NCBI GenBank assembly: GCA_014727915.1
Contig: WJMO01000008.1
Location: 21,869 to 85,868 of the forward strand
DNA from: Candidatus Altiarchaeales archaeon
GTDB lineage: Archaea > Altiarchaeota > Altiarchaeia > IMC4 > SCGC-AAA252-I15
Length of the DNA stretch: 64,000 bases
Reading direction: 5' to 3'
In this document: piece after piece, positions 9,801 through 19,839 of the stretch
Numbering within the stretch: the first letter of the stretch is position 1
How the letters are laid out: each line of letters starts with the position of its first letter
Program-made: the position numbers and the translations under genes
Notes under the pieces: generated by a model
Told to the model about the DNA's origin: nothing
Databases searched by the model: none
What the model saw: the letters and a program-made list of their open reading frames with translations, nothing else

Positions 9801-10591
9801 CCCTGGGACAAGCGTATCTGATAGCCTTTCAGGAGGTCTGTCCTGGATATGAGGCCTTCAAGGCGATCTTCCAGGACCGGTATTCCGCCGATGTTCAGGT
9901 CCAACATGAGCTTGGACGCATCGCATGCGTCGTCTTTGGTCTTCAACGTCACAGGGTCGGGTGTCATCATGTCCCCTGCGGTGATGGGAGAGCTCGGGTC
10001 TATCCTGGCGTTCTCCTTCCTGTGCTTGAAGAGAACCAGGCTCAAGTCCTTGACCGTGATTATCCCGGCCAAACGCTCGCCCGACATCACCAGCACACGC
10101 TTAACGCACATGTCCTCTATCTTACCCACTACCTCCGGGAGGGACGTGTAATCGTATACTGTGACGGGGCTGTAATGCATGAGATCCCCCACCTTGTGCT
10201 TGCCCTCCATCTCCTCATGGAAGACGCCTGTGAAGTTGACCTTGCCTATCAATCCAACGACCTTCCCGTCCTCCACAACGGGCAGGCGGTCTATGATGGA
10301 CTTCTGCATCAGCAGGAGCTCTACGACTTCCTCGATGGTATCGTCAGAGTTCACGCAGTCTATGTCATCTTCCATCAGGTCGGCGACAGCCAATGACTCC
10401 AGGGGCTTGTCATCATGGCGGCCGATCTTGGATATGAAGGTCTCCTTGCTCAAAAGACCGTTGAAGGCATCGCCCTCCAACACAACAGCAGCGCCTATCC
10501 CGTTCGCTTCCATGTGTTCGCCGGTCTTCAGCGCATTGTCCCCCGGCGAGACCCGAAGGACATCCTCTGTCATTATGTCTGTGACTAGCAT
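9797..10591 (-). CDS. CBS-domain protein (four CBS repeats)
   Basis: Repeated CBS pattern (V..D.M.....V.......A...M.......PV). Confidence 0.75.
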   Translation of the reverse strand: MLVTDIMTEDVLRVSPGDNALKTGEHMEANGIGAAVVLEGDAFNGLLSKETFISKIGRHDDKPLESLAVADLMEDDIDCVNSDDTIEEVVELLLMQKSIIDRLPVVEDGKVVGLIGKVNFTGVFHEEMEGKHKVGDLMHYSPVTVYDYTSLPEVVGKIEDMCVKRVLVMSGERLAGIITVKDLSLVLFKHRKENARIDPSSPITAGDMMTPDPVTLKTKDDACDASKLMLDLNIGGIPVLEDRLEGLISRTDLLKGYQIRLSQG

Positions 10592-11475
10592 CAGACACCC
10601 CTTTCCTGCAGCCTCTCCCTAAGCTCAGATATCTCCTGGCCCTTCATCGCATCCCCCAAACCCTTGCTGACCTCCGCTATAACGTCGGGTTTGTCATAGT
10701 GTAAGGTAGCCTCGACGATGGCTTTGGCCATGACCTCGGGCTTCTCGCTCTTGAATATGCCAGAACCCACGAAGTTGCCGTCCGCGCCCAGCTGCATCAT
10801 CAGAGACGCGTCCGCGGGGGTTGCGATCCCGCCGGCGCTGAAGTTCACCACAGGCAATCTGCCGAGCTTCTTGACCTCCCTCACCAATTCGATGGGGGCC
10901 ATCAGCTCCTTGGCCTCCTTGTATAGCTCGTCGTCGCTCATCGTCTTTATCCTGTCCATCTCGCCGATGACCGCGCGCATGTGACGGACCGCCTCGACCA
11001 CGTTGCCAGTCCCGGCCTCTCCTTTGGTGCGTATCATGGCGGCGCCCTCGCTGATCCTCCTCAAAGCCTCCCCGAGGTTCCTGCAACCGCAGACGAAGGG
11101 GACTGTGAATTTGGTCTTGTCGACGTGGTTGCATTCGTCAGCGGGCGTGAGCACCTCGCTCTCGTCTATCATGTCGACGCCCAGCTCCTGTAGGACCTGG
11201 GCCTCGGCGAAATGGCCTATCCTGCACTTGGCCATCACAGGTATCGTAACCGAATCCAGGATCTCCTGTATCTTCAGGGGGTCGGCCATGCGAGCCACTC
11301 CCCCGGCAGCCCGGATGTCAGCAGGCACCCTCTCAAGGGCCATGACAGCGCAGGCTCCAGCGTCCTCGGCTATGCCGGCCTGTTGCGCGTCTGTGACGTC
11401 CATGACGACGCCACGCTTCACCATCTTAGCAAATCCTTCCTTTAACAGCTTGGTGCCGTGCTTCTTCTTCGCCAT
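10591..11475 (-). CDS. pdxS: pyridoxal 5'-phosphate synthase lyase subunit
   Basis: Canonical PdxS N-terminus [28 protein letters not shown]. The start was placed at the internal Met of ORF 10591..11508. Confidence 0.9.
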   Translation of the reverse strand: MAKKKHGTKLLKEGFAKMVKRGVVMDVTDAQQAGIAEDAGACAVMALERVPADIRAAGGVARMADPLKIQEILDSVTIPVMAKCRIGHFAEAQVLQELGVDMIDESEVLTPADECNHVDKTKFTVPFVCGCRNLGEALRRISEGAAMIRTKGEAGTGNVVEAVRHMRAVIGEMDRIKTMSDDELYKEAKELMAPIELVREVKKLGRLPVVNFSAGGIATPADASLMMQLGADGNFVGSGIFKSEKPEVMAKAIVEATLHYDKPDVIAEVSKGLGDAMKGQEISELRERLQERGV

Positions 11476-11512
11476 CCCAAAACCACCTAGGATAAGTATA
11501 TGAAACACTGGA

Positions 11513-12202
11513 TTATAAGCGCTGGTAGAGGCATATAAGATCCTCTGCCTGCATTTCAGCAGGCCTCATCTGGCCGTATCCTTCGGGGACATCATCCAAT
11601 ATGTTCCTCATCTTCTTGTTCTTCAGGCTGAACAGCCTCCTGAGAAAGCCCAGGTAGTCTGGGGGAGGCCTCCAACGCTGCCTAAGCCGCAGAACACTGC
11701 TGGAAACCCGCGGCTGGGGCTTGAACGCCTGCGGGCGTATCTCATCAAGGACTTCAACTTCACAGGTGCTCTGAGCCAACGCGGAGACCATCCTGTAATT
11801 GCCCGATGACGGCGGTGCGGCGACCTTCTCCGCGAACTCCCGCTGAACCACCAACACAGCGAGTTCGAAACCCTCTACTATTAACCTCTCCAGGAGCTTC
11901 CTGCTTATGCTGTAGGGTAGGTTGCTGACTATCTTGTTATACAGGGGGTACTCGACCGTCAGCGCGTCACCCTGGAGCAGGGTGACCCTATCATCCCCGT
12001 CGAACTTCCTCCTCAAAATCGGGATGAGATCAGGTTCCTTCTCTATTGCGGTCACGCGGACCTTCTCGGCGATCTTCTCCGTGAGGTTGCCGGAGCCGGC
12101 CCCCACCTCCAACACGGCATCCCCTGGCTGGAGGCCGGCGTATCCGACCACCAACTCCAGCATCTCCTCGTCCACCATGAAACGCCGGTCCTTCAAGGCC
12201 AT
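11513..12202 (-). CDS. rsmA: 16S rRNA (adenine1518/1519-N6)-dimethyltransferase
   Basis: SAM motif [11 protein letters not shown] and the KsgA/Dim1 layout. Confidence 0.85.
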   Translation of the reverse strand: MALKDRRFMVDEEMLELVVGYAGLQPGDAVLEVGAGSGNLTEKIAEKVRVTAIEKEPDLIPILRRKFDGDDRVTLLQGDALTVEYPLYNKIVSNLPYSISRKLLERLIVEGFELAVLVVQREFAEKVAAPPSSGNYRMVSALAQSTCEVEVLDEIRPQAFKPQPRVSSSVLRLRQRWRPPPDYLGFLRRLFSLKNKKMRNILDDVPEGYGQMRPAEMQAEDLICLYQRL

Positions 12203-12234
12203 ATTATTTATACCTACTGTTTCAAATGCCTTAA

Positions 12235-12993
12235 ATGCGGGGTGATGACAGCATGCCTTGGACCCACGACTACCTGGAGGTTGTGCGCGCGCTCGACCTC
12301 AACTTGGCCGAGGACAGGAGATCGACACTGATACTCGACCGAATGCTGAAAAAACAGGACTTGAAGCCGGTGGAGGATCTGATAAGGAACAGGACGGTGA
12401 TAGTATATGGCTGCGGGCCCAGCCTGGAGAACGACCTGAACAAGATATGGGAGGCGGGCATACACAAGAGGAGCACGTCGGTTGCCGTTGACGGGGCAGC
12501 ACACGCCCTCCTCCAGTACAAGATAGTCCCGCACATAAACGTGACAGACCTGGACGGGGACCTGAACTCCATAGTTGCAGCCAACCACTACGGATCATTG
12601 ACGATGGTGCACGCCCACGCGGACAACATAAGGGCGATAGTGGGTTTGGTGCCCAAGCTGAAAGGCACAGTATACGGGACGACCCACTCGGAGCCCACGG
12701 AGAAGGTGCATAACTTCGGAGGGTTCACCGACGGGGACAGGGCAGTATACATAGTGGAACACTTCAAGCCCAGGTTCATAGTCTTGGCTGGCATGGACTT
12801 CGGACACCTGATAGGCCGGTTCTCAGGGCACTATGACGCCGTTAAAAAACCTAGGGGCCTGAGGATGGGGAAATACCTGATAGAAGAGCTAGCCGGAAAG
12901 TCGAGGACGAGGATATTGAACGTCACATCCAGCGGCGAGAACATCAAGAACACCAAGCAGATAACGGTTGAGAGGCTCAGACAGATAGTGTGA
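12235..12993 (+). CDS. Rossmann-fold protein, possibly MptE-like (DUF115) 6-hydroxymethylpterin diphosphokinase
   Basis: 252 aa with a VIVYGCGPSL nucleotide-binding-like start and conserved acidic/His positions. Lies adjacent to ksgA as in many archaea. The family assignment is from memory and is uncertain. Confidence 0.4.
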   Translation: MRGDDSMPWTHDYLEVVRALDLNLAEDRRSTLILDRMLKKQDLKPVEDLIRNRTVIVYGCGPSLENDLNKIWEAGIHKRSTSVAVDGAAHALLQYKIVPHINVTDLDGDLNSIVAANHYGSLTMVHAHADNIRAIVGLVPKLKGTVYGTTHSEPTEKVHNFGGFTDGDRAVYIVEHFKPRFIVLAGMDFGHLIGRFSGHYDAVKKPRGLRMGKYLIEELAGKSRTRILNVTSSGENIKNTKQITVERLRQIV

Positions 12994-13049
12994 CACCGCT
13001 TCGCATAGGTTTGGTGAGTATTTAATATACTATTTAGATAATTAACAAA

Positions 13050-13763
13050 ATGCCAGAGCAGCTGAAGACTGGTATAGAAGGTCTTGACGGAATTCTCGAG
13101 GGGGGGATACCAAAGGGTCACTGCGTGCTCCTCGCCGGAAGCTGCGGGACAGGCAAGACCGTCATGTGCCAGCAGTTCCTCTTCGACGGAGCGAGAAACG
13201 GCGATAACGGAGTCTACATATCACTCGTCGAGCCCATGGAGAAGATCATAAAGAACATGTCACCATTCGGCTTCTACGACCAGAAGCTCGTGGACGAGGG
13301 CAAGGTCAAGATAGTCGACATGATGCAGGACACCCGGCTGAGGGGCATAGAATTCAACAACATAGAGGGTCTGCTGGGGATAATCAGGAGCATAATAGAC
13401 GACAACGAAGCCGAGAGAGTGGTGATAGACTCTGTTACGGCACTGTGTGAGAACATACAGGAGAAGAACAACATACGGGACTTCATACTGGAACTGGGTT
13501 TCCAGCTGATGTACCAGGAGTGCACCACCATAATGATATCCGAGATACCTCCTCAGACGTTCAAATACTCGGTTTTCGGCGTGGAAGAGTTCATAGCCGA
13601 CGGCGTGGTGCTGCTTAGCGAGTTCGAGAGAAAGGGAGAGCTCATAAGGGCGCTGCAGGTCATAAAGATGAGGGGTGTCGCCCACAGCAGGAACAAGCAC
13701 GTAATGAAGATACTGGATGAGGGCATTAACCTGATCCCCATGTTCAGGGCAGGTGTCGAATAA
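13050..13763 (+). CDS. KaiC-like RecA-superfamily ATPase (single domain)
   Basis: Walker A GSCGTGKT and a Walker B-like VVIDSV segment. Confidence 0.8.
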   Translation: MPEQLKTGIEGLDGILEGGIPKGHCVLLAGSCGTGKTVMCQQFLFDGARNGDNGVYISLVEPMEKIIKNMSPFGFYDQKLVDEGKVKIVDMMQDTRLRGIEFNNIEGLLGIIRSIIDDNEAERVVIDSVTALCENIQEKNNIRDFILELGFQLMYQECTTIMISEIPPQTFKYSVFGVEEFIADGVVLLSEFERKGELIRALQVIKMRGVAHSRNKHVMKILDEGINLIPMFRAGVE

Positions 13764-14929
13764 TGGGCGGTGACAACTACAAGAGGCTTGAGGAGTTGAT
13801 GGACTACCTCACCGCGGACGAGAAGATAATATCCAAGTACAGGATGAGCGTCTATGACGTGGTGACCACCACTGAAAGGCTCATACTCCTCAGGAGGTTC
13901 CCGCCCGCGTTCATCGAGATAGGATACGAGGAGATAAACAACCTCGAGCACAGGACCACCATATTATGGAACGACCTGCTGACGTCCATAGCGACACTGG
14001 TGTTGGCTGTGGTAATATTCGTGAACGAGCGGGGCTTCCCATTCGTAGAGCCAATAAACAACATAGTCGGGAGGTACATCCCCGAGCTGGCCAACACGCT
14101 GCCGACCCTACTGGTAGTCCAGGTGGTGATGATGCTATCCACGGCGGCGAGCATAATATACTTCGCCAAGTTCGTCGGGTCCCTCTCAGGGTATTTCCGC
14201 ATATCGAGGAAGAACCGGGCGCCCGTTACCATAAGGACCGCTATGACGCCCGAGTTGAAGAACCTGATAAGGGAGATCGAAGGGCAGATAAAGCAGGTCA
14301 AGGAACGTAGGCTCAGGCCTGCGCCTGAGACTGCAGAGGCCGCACCGGCCGCCGCCAAGCCCGAAGTGGACATAAAGACGGAGCTGGAGTCGAGGATAAG
14401 GGGGCTGGCGGACAATGCAGTCATACTCATATCCTCAAAGAGCGAGAAGCACAGCGAGGTCGTATCCAACACTCTGAACATGCTCGTGAACGAGAAGGGT
14501 ATGGGCGGCGTCTACATAAGCATAAGCAGGCCCTACGAGTCCATCACGTCCACCATGGCCACCGCAGGCATACCAGCCGATGACGTGTACTTCATCGACT
14601 GCATCAGCAGGATGGCAGGCAAGGGACACACCGAAACCGACGAGCACGCGGTGTTCGTGGAGAACCCGTCGAGCCTGGAGGAGGTGAGCATGTACCTGGA
14701 CCGGATGCTCGGGAAAGTACCATCCGAGAAGAAGTTCCTGTTCCTCGACTCGCTGTCAAGCCTGCTCATATACAACACGGACAAGAGCGTCCGGGAGTTC
14801 ACCCACTTCCTCATAAACAAGATAAGGCTGGAGGGAGTCTCAGGCATCATATTCAGCATAGAGAAGAAGGAGGCGGAAGACCTTGTGAAGACGCTATCGC
14901 CCATGTGCGACGTGGAGCTCAAGTTCTAA
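13763..14929 (+). CDS. membrane-anchored protein with C-terminal P-loop-less KaiC-like (DUF835-like) domain
   Basis: N-terminal domain has two TM helices. C-terminal ~200 aa has a KaiC/RecA-like beta-alpha pattern (VILISSKSEKH...VYFIDCISRM...FLFLDSLSSL) but no GxxxxGK[ST]. Start overlaps the upstream KaiC-like stop by 1 nt. Confidence 0.55.
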   Translation: MGGDNYKRLEELMDYLTADEKIISKYRMSVYDVVTTTERLILLRRFPPAFIEIGYEEINNLEHRTTILWNDLLTSIATLVLAVVIFVNERGFPFVEPINNIVGRYIPELANTLPTLLVVQVVMMLSTAASIIYFAKFVGSLSGYFRISRKNRAPVTIRTAMTPELKNLIREIEGQIKQVKERRLRPAPETAEAAPAAAKPEVDIKTELESRIRGLADNAVILISSKSEKHSEVVSNTLNMLVNEKGMGGVYISISRPYESITSTMATAGIPADDVYFIDCISRMAGKGHTETDEHAVFVENPSSLEEVSMYLDRMLGKVPSEKKFLFLDSLSSLLIYNTDKSVREFTHFLINKIRLEGVSGIIFSIEKKEAEDLVKTLSPMCDVELKF

Positions 14930-14936
14930 GGCGGGG

Positions 14937-16136
14937 TCAACCGTCCCATTCCCTGACAGTGAATCCTCTAGCACCCCTGAGAAACTCCCCTGCCTGAGCG
15001 TATCTTTCCATGAACCGGGGGTCATTGCCGCCGCTGGAAACCTGGTCGCGAACATCATCCACCAGCTCTCCCGGCCGGAGCAGCAGCTCCCTCGAAGGCA
15101 TGGCGATGTCGCTGATCCCGGAGGCTCTTGCGATGTCCAATCCGACCATGCAAAGCACCAGGTTCCGGTCCCTGTGCCTGAACGAAGAAGCCAGGTTCCT
15201 GGACCTGTAGGCGAGGTTCCTCCGGTGCTCTATCTCACGAACCCCATCCGAGTCCCCACCACGCTCATAACCCGCCTTCAGCTCAGCAAAGCCCCTGAGG
15301 ATATCCTCCTGCCTGGCACGGGTGAACTGGACCGGGTATAGGAGTATGAACGGGCTCTCATCGGACGGCATGACAACATGGTATTTAGCAAAGCAGGTTA
15401 CATCATCCGACATGACTATAGAATTGCCGGGATCTATCTCCGGATGGTTCTTATAGCACCATGTAGGGGAAACCACCCCGCCTGCCGGGTCCCCCCTAAC
15501 ACGCCTCAACCCAAGACATCCACTGTAGGCATTCGGCTCAGAAAACGAATTATGTTGTACGTCAGAGTACAGTGATATCAAGCCGACAGACTTGGGAACG
15601 TCCAAGCCATCCAGGCTAAGGCCGTGATCATCAGCCAACATAGAAACATCCAACAGCCGAGGGCATCTGACAGCAAGGTCCTTGGACCCGTTTATGTCGG
15701 TTCCGGGCGTAAGATCCAAGCTGAAAGGCCTGTTGTCTGTTTCAGGGCCGTCGTATAGGGTAGTCCGAAACTGGCCGGAGCGCAGGGTGTACCTCAGCAT
15801 GTCGCCCTGGTAGAAGCCCCATCTTAGGTCGCCGTCAGAGACCTCGGGAAATATCTCCTGTACGCGGGTTATGCCCCCACCACCGACCAGACGCCCCAAG
15901 GCAGTGTTAACGTCGGACAGGTTAACCTGGCTATTGCATGATTTAGGGTCGCCGCTTAGGATGAAGAGCTGGTCGTAGCACAGGCTTTCCAAGGCCGCGG
16001 TGAAACGACGGTAGACGTCAGAACCCGTCACAGGAGGTATGGAATCGATGACCATCCGCTTCAGGCCGTCAAGTTCCGCGGGTTCCGCCGGCGTTGGAGT
16101 GACAGCGCGAGACCAACCGCGAACAAGCTTGCCCAT
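14937..16136 (-). CDS. hypothetical protein (399 aa)
   Basis: Long ORF with protein-like composition. No motif recognised. Confidence 0.45.
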   Translation of the reverse strand: MGKLVRGWSRAVTPTPAEPAELDGLKRMVIDSIPPVTGSDVYRRFTAALESLCYDQLFILSGDPKSCNSQVNLSDVNTALGRLVGGGGITRVQEIFPEVSDGDLRWGFYQGDMLRYTLRSGQFRTTLYDGPETDNRPFSLDLTPGTDINGSKDLAVRCPRLLDVSMLADDHGLSLDGLDVPKSVGLISLYSDVQHNSFSEPNAYSGCLGLRRVRGDPAGGVVSPTWCYKNHPEIDPGNSIVMSDDVTCFAKYHVVMPSDESPFILLYPVQFTRARQEDILRGFAELKAGYERGGDSDGVREIEHRRNLAYRSRNLASSFRHRDRNLVLCMVGLDIARASGISDIAMPSRELLLRPGELVDDVRDQVSSGGNDPRFMERYAQAGEFLRGARGFTVREWDG

Positions 16137-16173
16137 GTATAGAATCAGGAGGGACAGACTAAAATAGGTTTCA

Positions 16174-17439
16174 TCAGGTCAGCCTCTTCCTGCCGTTCAT
16201 GTACGGGCGCAGGACATCAGGTATCGCAACACTGCCATCCTCCTCCTGGTAGTTCTCCAGTATCAGCCTCAAAGCCCTCGAGGTGGCGACCATTGTGCTG
16301 TTCAATGTGTGGACAAGCTGGTTCCCGTCTTTGGCCCTATGCCTGATCTTCAGCCGGGCGGCCTGGTAGGACGTGCAGTTGGAACAACTCATAAGCTCGA
16401 TGTGCTTCCCCTCACGGGGGCTCCAACCCTCCAGGTCATATTTTTTTGCCGCGACGGCCCCGATGTCGCCGGTGCACACGTTCACCACATGATATGGGAT
16501 CTTAAGGCCCTGCATGAGGTCCTCCGCGTTCGCTATCAGCTGCTCATGAAAGTCCCAGCTGTCCTCGGGCCTGCAGAATACGAACTGCTCTATCTTGTTG
16601 AACTGGTGAACCCTGAAAAGGCCGCGCTCGTCCAACCCGTGCTTGCCGATCTCCCTCCTGAAACACGGGGACACCCCCGCGTACTTCAGCGGAAGGCCGT
16701 CAAGGACCTCGTCCATGTGCATGGCAGCCAGCGGATGCTCCGAAGTGGCTATAAGATAGAGGTCGTCGTCTTCCACCTTGTACATGACATTCTCGAAGTC
16801 CGCCAGGTCCGTCACGCCCTCATATGGCTTCCGGCGCATCATCAGCGGCGGCTCCACGAGAGTGTAGCCACGGTCGATGAGAAGGTCTATGGCATAGCGC
16901 TGGAGCGCAACATCCAACAACGCAAGATCCCCCCTCAGGAAGTAGAACCCCGACCCTGAAATCTTCACCGCCCGCTCGAAGTCCGCAACGCCCAAGTCGA
17001 CGGCCGCACGTCCGTGGTCTTTGAGATCGAAGCCGAACTCCCTCTTCTCGCCCCATTCTCGGACGACAACATTATCCTCGTCGGATGCGCCCACGGGAAC
17101 GGACTCGTGCAGGACGTTGGGCAACCGCATGAGATAGTGGTCGACCCTCTCCCTGAGCCCGGCCATCTCATCCTCCTTCTCCCTTATCCTGCCGGGTATG
17201 GCTTTAGCCTCCTCAATGAGCTTGGAGGCGTCCTCCCCCCGGCCCTTGGCATCCTTCACCTTGGCTGTGAGCTGGTTCCGAGAGGACCTCAGCTCGTCGG
17301 CCTCCCTCTTAAGGACCCTCCAACGCTCGTCCTTCTCCAACAGCTCACGGACCCACTTGAGCTTCTCCTCGTCCCCCCGCTTCCGAAGGTCCGCCTCGAC
17401 AACCTCGGCGTTTTCACGGATGAAGGAAAGCTCTAACAT
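16174..17439 (-). CDS. serS: seryl-tRNA synthetase
   Basis: N-terminal coiled-coil arm and class II aaRS core (motifs 2 and 3 context). Confidence 0.9.
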   Translation of the reverse strand: MLELSFIRENAEVVEADLRKRGDEEKLKWVRELLEKDERWRVLKREADELRSSRNQLTAKVKDAKGRGEDASKLIEEAKAIPGRIREKEDEMAGLRERVDHYLMRLPNVLHESVPVGASDEDNVVVREWGEKREFGFDLKDHGRAAVDLGVADFERAVKISGSGFYFLRGDLALLDVALQRYAIDLLIDRGYTLVEPPLMMRRKPYEGVTDLADFENVMYKVEDDDLYLIATSEHPLAAMHMDEVLDGLPLKYAGVSPCFRREIGKHGLDERGLFRVHQFNKIEQFVFCRPEDSWDFHEQLIANAEDLMQGLKIPYHVVNVCTGDIGAVAAKKYDLEGWSPREGKHIELMSCSNCTSYQAARLKIRHRAKDGNQLVHTLNSTMVATSRALRLILENYQEEDGSVAIPDVLRPYMNGRKRLT

Positions 17440-17472
17440 AAGATGAGTATAAGAAACAGGGGATAATAAAGG

Positions 17473-18018
17473 CTATTCGAGGCAGTCGTCGCATAACAGC
17501 CGTCCATCGTAGTTTCTGAGGTTGTCCGAGAAGTTCTCGCAGCTCTCGCAGATCCCGGAGACCACCCCCTCTGACGCCGCATGAGCGTTGCTCAGAGTCC
17601 AAGCATACTGCTCCCTTATCAGAAGGTGCATGGCAGGCTCCAACCGCACGATGTCGAACTCGCTTAGCACCCCGATTATCCTGTCCTTGTCCGAGACCAC
17701 CAGACGCCTTATGTCCCTGTCGCGCATAGCCCGCGCGGCATCGTCAAGGTCAGCATCCGGCCTTATGGTTATGAGAGGCGAGGTCATGACATCCCCCACT
17801 GGAACTTCTTCGGGGTTCCTGTTCTCGGCCACTATCTTTGTTATTATGTCCCTCTCGGTGAGTATGCCTATGCCGTCTCCCTTCTTTGTGACTATAACAG
17901 AGCTTATGTCGTTCTTCCTCATGACCTCCGCAGCCTCCATCACAGTGTCCTTTGCGTCGACGCAGATGACGCCGCGGGTCATAGCATCCCCGACCTTGAG
18001 TCCCTCTATGTCCTTCAT
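17473..18018 (-). CDS. CBS-pair protein with C-terminal zinc ribbon
   Basis: Two CBS repeats followed by C-x2-C...C-x2-C (GICESCENF...LLCDDCLE). Confidence 0.7.
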   Translation of the reverse strand: MKDIEGLKVGDAMTRGVICVDAKDTVMEAAEVMRKNDISSVIVTKKGDGIGILTERDIITKIVAENRNPEEVPVGDVMTSPLITIRPDADLDDAARAMRDRDIRRLVVSDKDRIIGVLSEFDIVRLEPAMHLLIREQYAWTLSNAHAASEGVVSGICESCENFSDNLRNYDGRLLCDDCLE

Positions 18019-18083
18019 CTCATATCACCGATTAATTAAAGATGGTGTTTTAGTCTAAATACACTCCAATTCACGGCTTAAAT

Positions 18084-19796
18084 ATGGCACTGAAATTCGA
18101 CGTAAGAAGGAAGGACGCTGCTGGAAGGCTCGGCAGGGTGGAATTGAACGGGAAGAGAGTCGAGACACCCCTCCTGTTCCCAGTGTACAACCCCAACAAG
18201 CCCATCATACCAGTTGACGAGCTCGCGGGCGAGTTCAATGCGCCCGCGTTGATGGCCAACGCCTACATGCTGATGAAAAACGAGGCCGTGAGAGGCGAGG
18301 TTGAAGAGAGGGGGATGCACGACTTCCTCGGATTCGACGGGTTGATAGCAACAGACTCCGGCAGCTATCAGATGATGGTATACGGAGCCGTTGAGACCAC
18401 CAACGCGGAGATCATAAAATTCCAGGAGAAGATAGGGTCGGACATCGGCTCCTTCCTGGACATACCAACAGTCCCGGACACCTACAAGCCCCGGGCACGG
18501 GAACAGCTACAGCTCACCCTGGAGCGTTCTGTGGAGGCGGAGAATGCAGCGTTCACAGTGAACGCCGCGGTCCAGGGAGGCAAATACGTCGACCTGCGGG
18601 CTGAAGCATCCAAGGCAGTCGGGGGAAGATTCGAACTGGCGGCCATCGGCGGGATCGTACCTTTGATGGAATCCTACAGGTTCGCGGAGCTCGTAGAAGT
18701 TATCGCGGCCGTGAAGGAGAACCTGCCCTTGAACACTGTGGTGCACGCCTTCGGCCTCGGGCACCCCATGCTATTCCCGCTCGCGGCGCTGCTGGGATGC
18801 GACTTCTTCGACAGCGCAGCCTACGCGCTGTACGCCTTCAACGGGAGGTACATGACAGACTACGGGACCGAACGGGTGGAGGAGCTGGAGCACATGGGGT
18901 GCACCTGCCCCACATGCAGGGAATATGGTGTGAAGCTTAAGAGACTCTACGGCGAGGACAGGGTAAGGGCCCTGGCGCGCCACAACCTCTACGTCTCATA
19001 CGCGATGGTGGAGAAGGTCAAACAGGCCATCTCCGAAGGTAGCCTGTGGGAGCTCGTATGCCTCCAGGCCCGGGCCCACCCTAGGATGATGAAGGCCTTG
19101 GACGCTCTTATGGGACACTCAGGGTGGATCGCGGAATTGGACCCCATCACTAAGCCACGGGCGTTCTACCACACGGGCCGTGAATCGAATATGCGGAGCG
19201 AGGTGGTTAACGCCAGGGAGAGGATGAAGAGGATATCAACGGAGAACACCGTGGAACTGCAGCCGTTCGGCCAGGTCAACGAGGAACTACTTGACATCTA
19301 CCCGTTCAACAGCGTGTGGAGCGTCGAAGACGAGCCCAAGCCGAAGGTGAGGGACATCCACAAGCTGAGGGCCATAATGGAATACCAGTATGGGAAGGGA
19401 GCGGGGACATTGATACCTGACAACGTGATCGTGAAGAAGAGCAAGAACACCCGGCGGATACGGTGGCTCTACGAGGGCAAGGAGATGACAGCCTCCGTCC
19501 GAGCAACAGACCATCTCATACTACCCAAGGAAAAGCTCGCAGTGAAGCTCAAGGAAAAATACGAAACACCCAAGCTCAGGGTCATATTATCGGATGACGA
19601 GGACGCGACACAGTGCGTCCGAGAAGGCAAAAGCGTCATGTGCAAGTTCGTAGAAGAAGTAGACTCCAACCTCAGATGCGGCGACGAATGCCTCATAGTA
19701 GACAAAAAAGACAACCTAGTAAGAGTGGGAACCCTCATGCTAAGCCCCAAAGAAATAAAAGACTTCAACCACGGCATGGCAGCAAGAGTAAGGTGA
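18084..19796 (+). CDS. tgtA: archaeosine tRNA-guanine(15) transglycosylase with C-terminal PUA domain
   Basis: TGT catalytic barrel with a zinc site (CTCPTCREY), an extended C-terminus and a PUA-like tail. Confidence 0.9.
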   Translation: MALKFDVRRKDAAGRLGRVELNGKRVETPLLFPVYNPNKPIIPVDELAGEFNAPALMANAYMLMKNEAVRGEVEERGMHDFLGFDGLIATDSGSYQMMVYGAVETTNAEIIKFQEKIGSDIGSFLDIPTVPDTYKPRAREQLQLTLERSVEAENAAFTVNAAVQGGKYVDLRAEASKAVGGRFELAAIGGIVPLMESYRFAELVEVIAAVKENLPLNTVVHAFGLGHPMLFPLAALLGCDFFDSAAYALYAFNGRYMTDYGTERVEELEHMGCTCPTCREYGVKLKRLYGEDRVRALARHNLYVSYAMVEKVKQAISEGSLWELVCLQARAHPRMMKALDALMGHSGWIAELDPITKPRAFYHTGRESNMRSEVVNARERMKRISTENTVELQPFGQVNEELLDIYPFNSVWSVEDEPKPKVRDIHKLRAIMEYQYGKGAGTLIPDNVIVKKSKNTRRIRWLYEGKEMTASVRATDHLILPKEKLAVKLKEKYETPKLRVILSDDEDATQCVREGKSVMCKFVEEVDSNLRCGDECLIVDKKDNLVRVGTLMLSPKEIKDFNHGMAARVR

Positions 19797-19810
19797 GAAT
19801 TTTTAAATTA

Positions 19811-19828
19811 TTTAAAGAATTCTTTAAA
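19811..19828. repeat. perfect 18-bp palindrome TTTAAAGAATTCTTTAAA between convergent genes
   Basis: Read directly from the sequence. Sits in the 43-bp gap between the tgtA stop and the convergent small ORF stop. Confidence 0.5.
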
Positions 19829-19839
19829 CTGTTTTGGAT

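Noticed and set aside
16309-16959. 216-aa antisense ORF inside serS, and similar long antisense ORFs (32832..33809 in IPS, 34996..35682 in pgk, 42557..43075 in ttuA, 899..1444, 5875..6351, 40022..40546)
   Set aside because: Typical GC-rich shadow ORFs opposite strongly supported conserved genes. Their translations are Arg/Pro/Gly/His-rich with no motifs.
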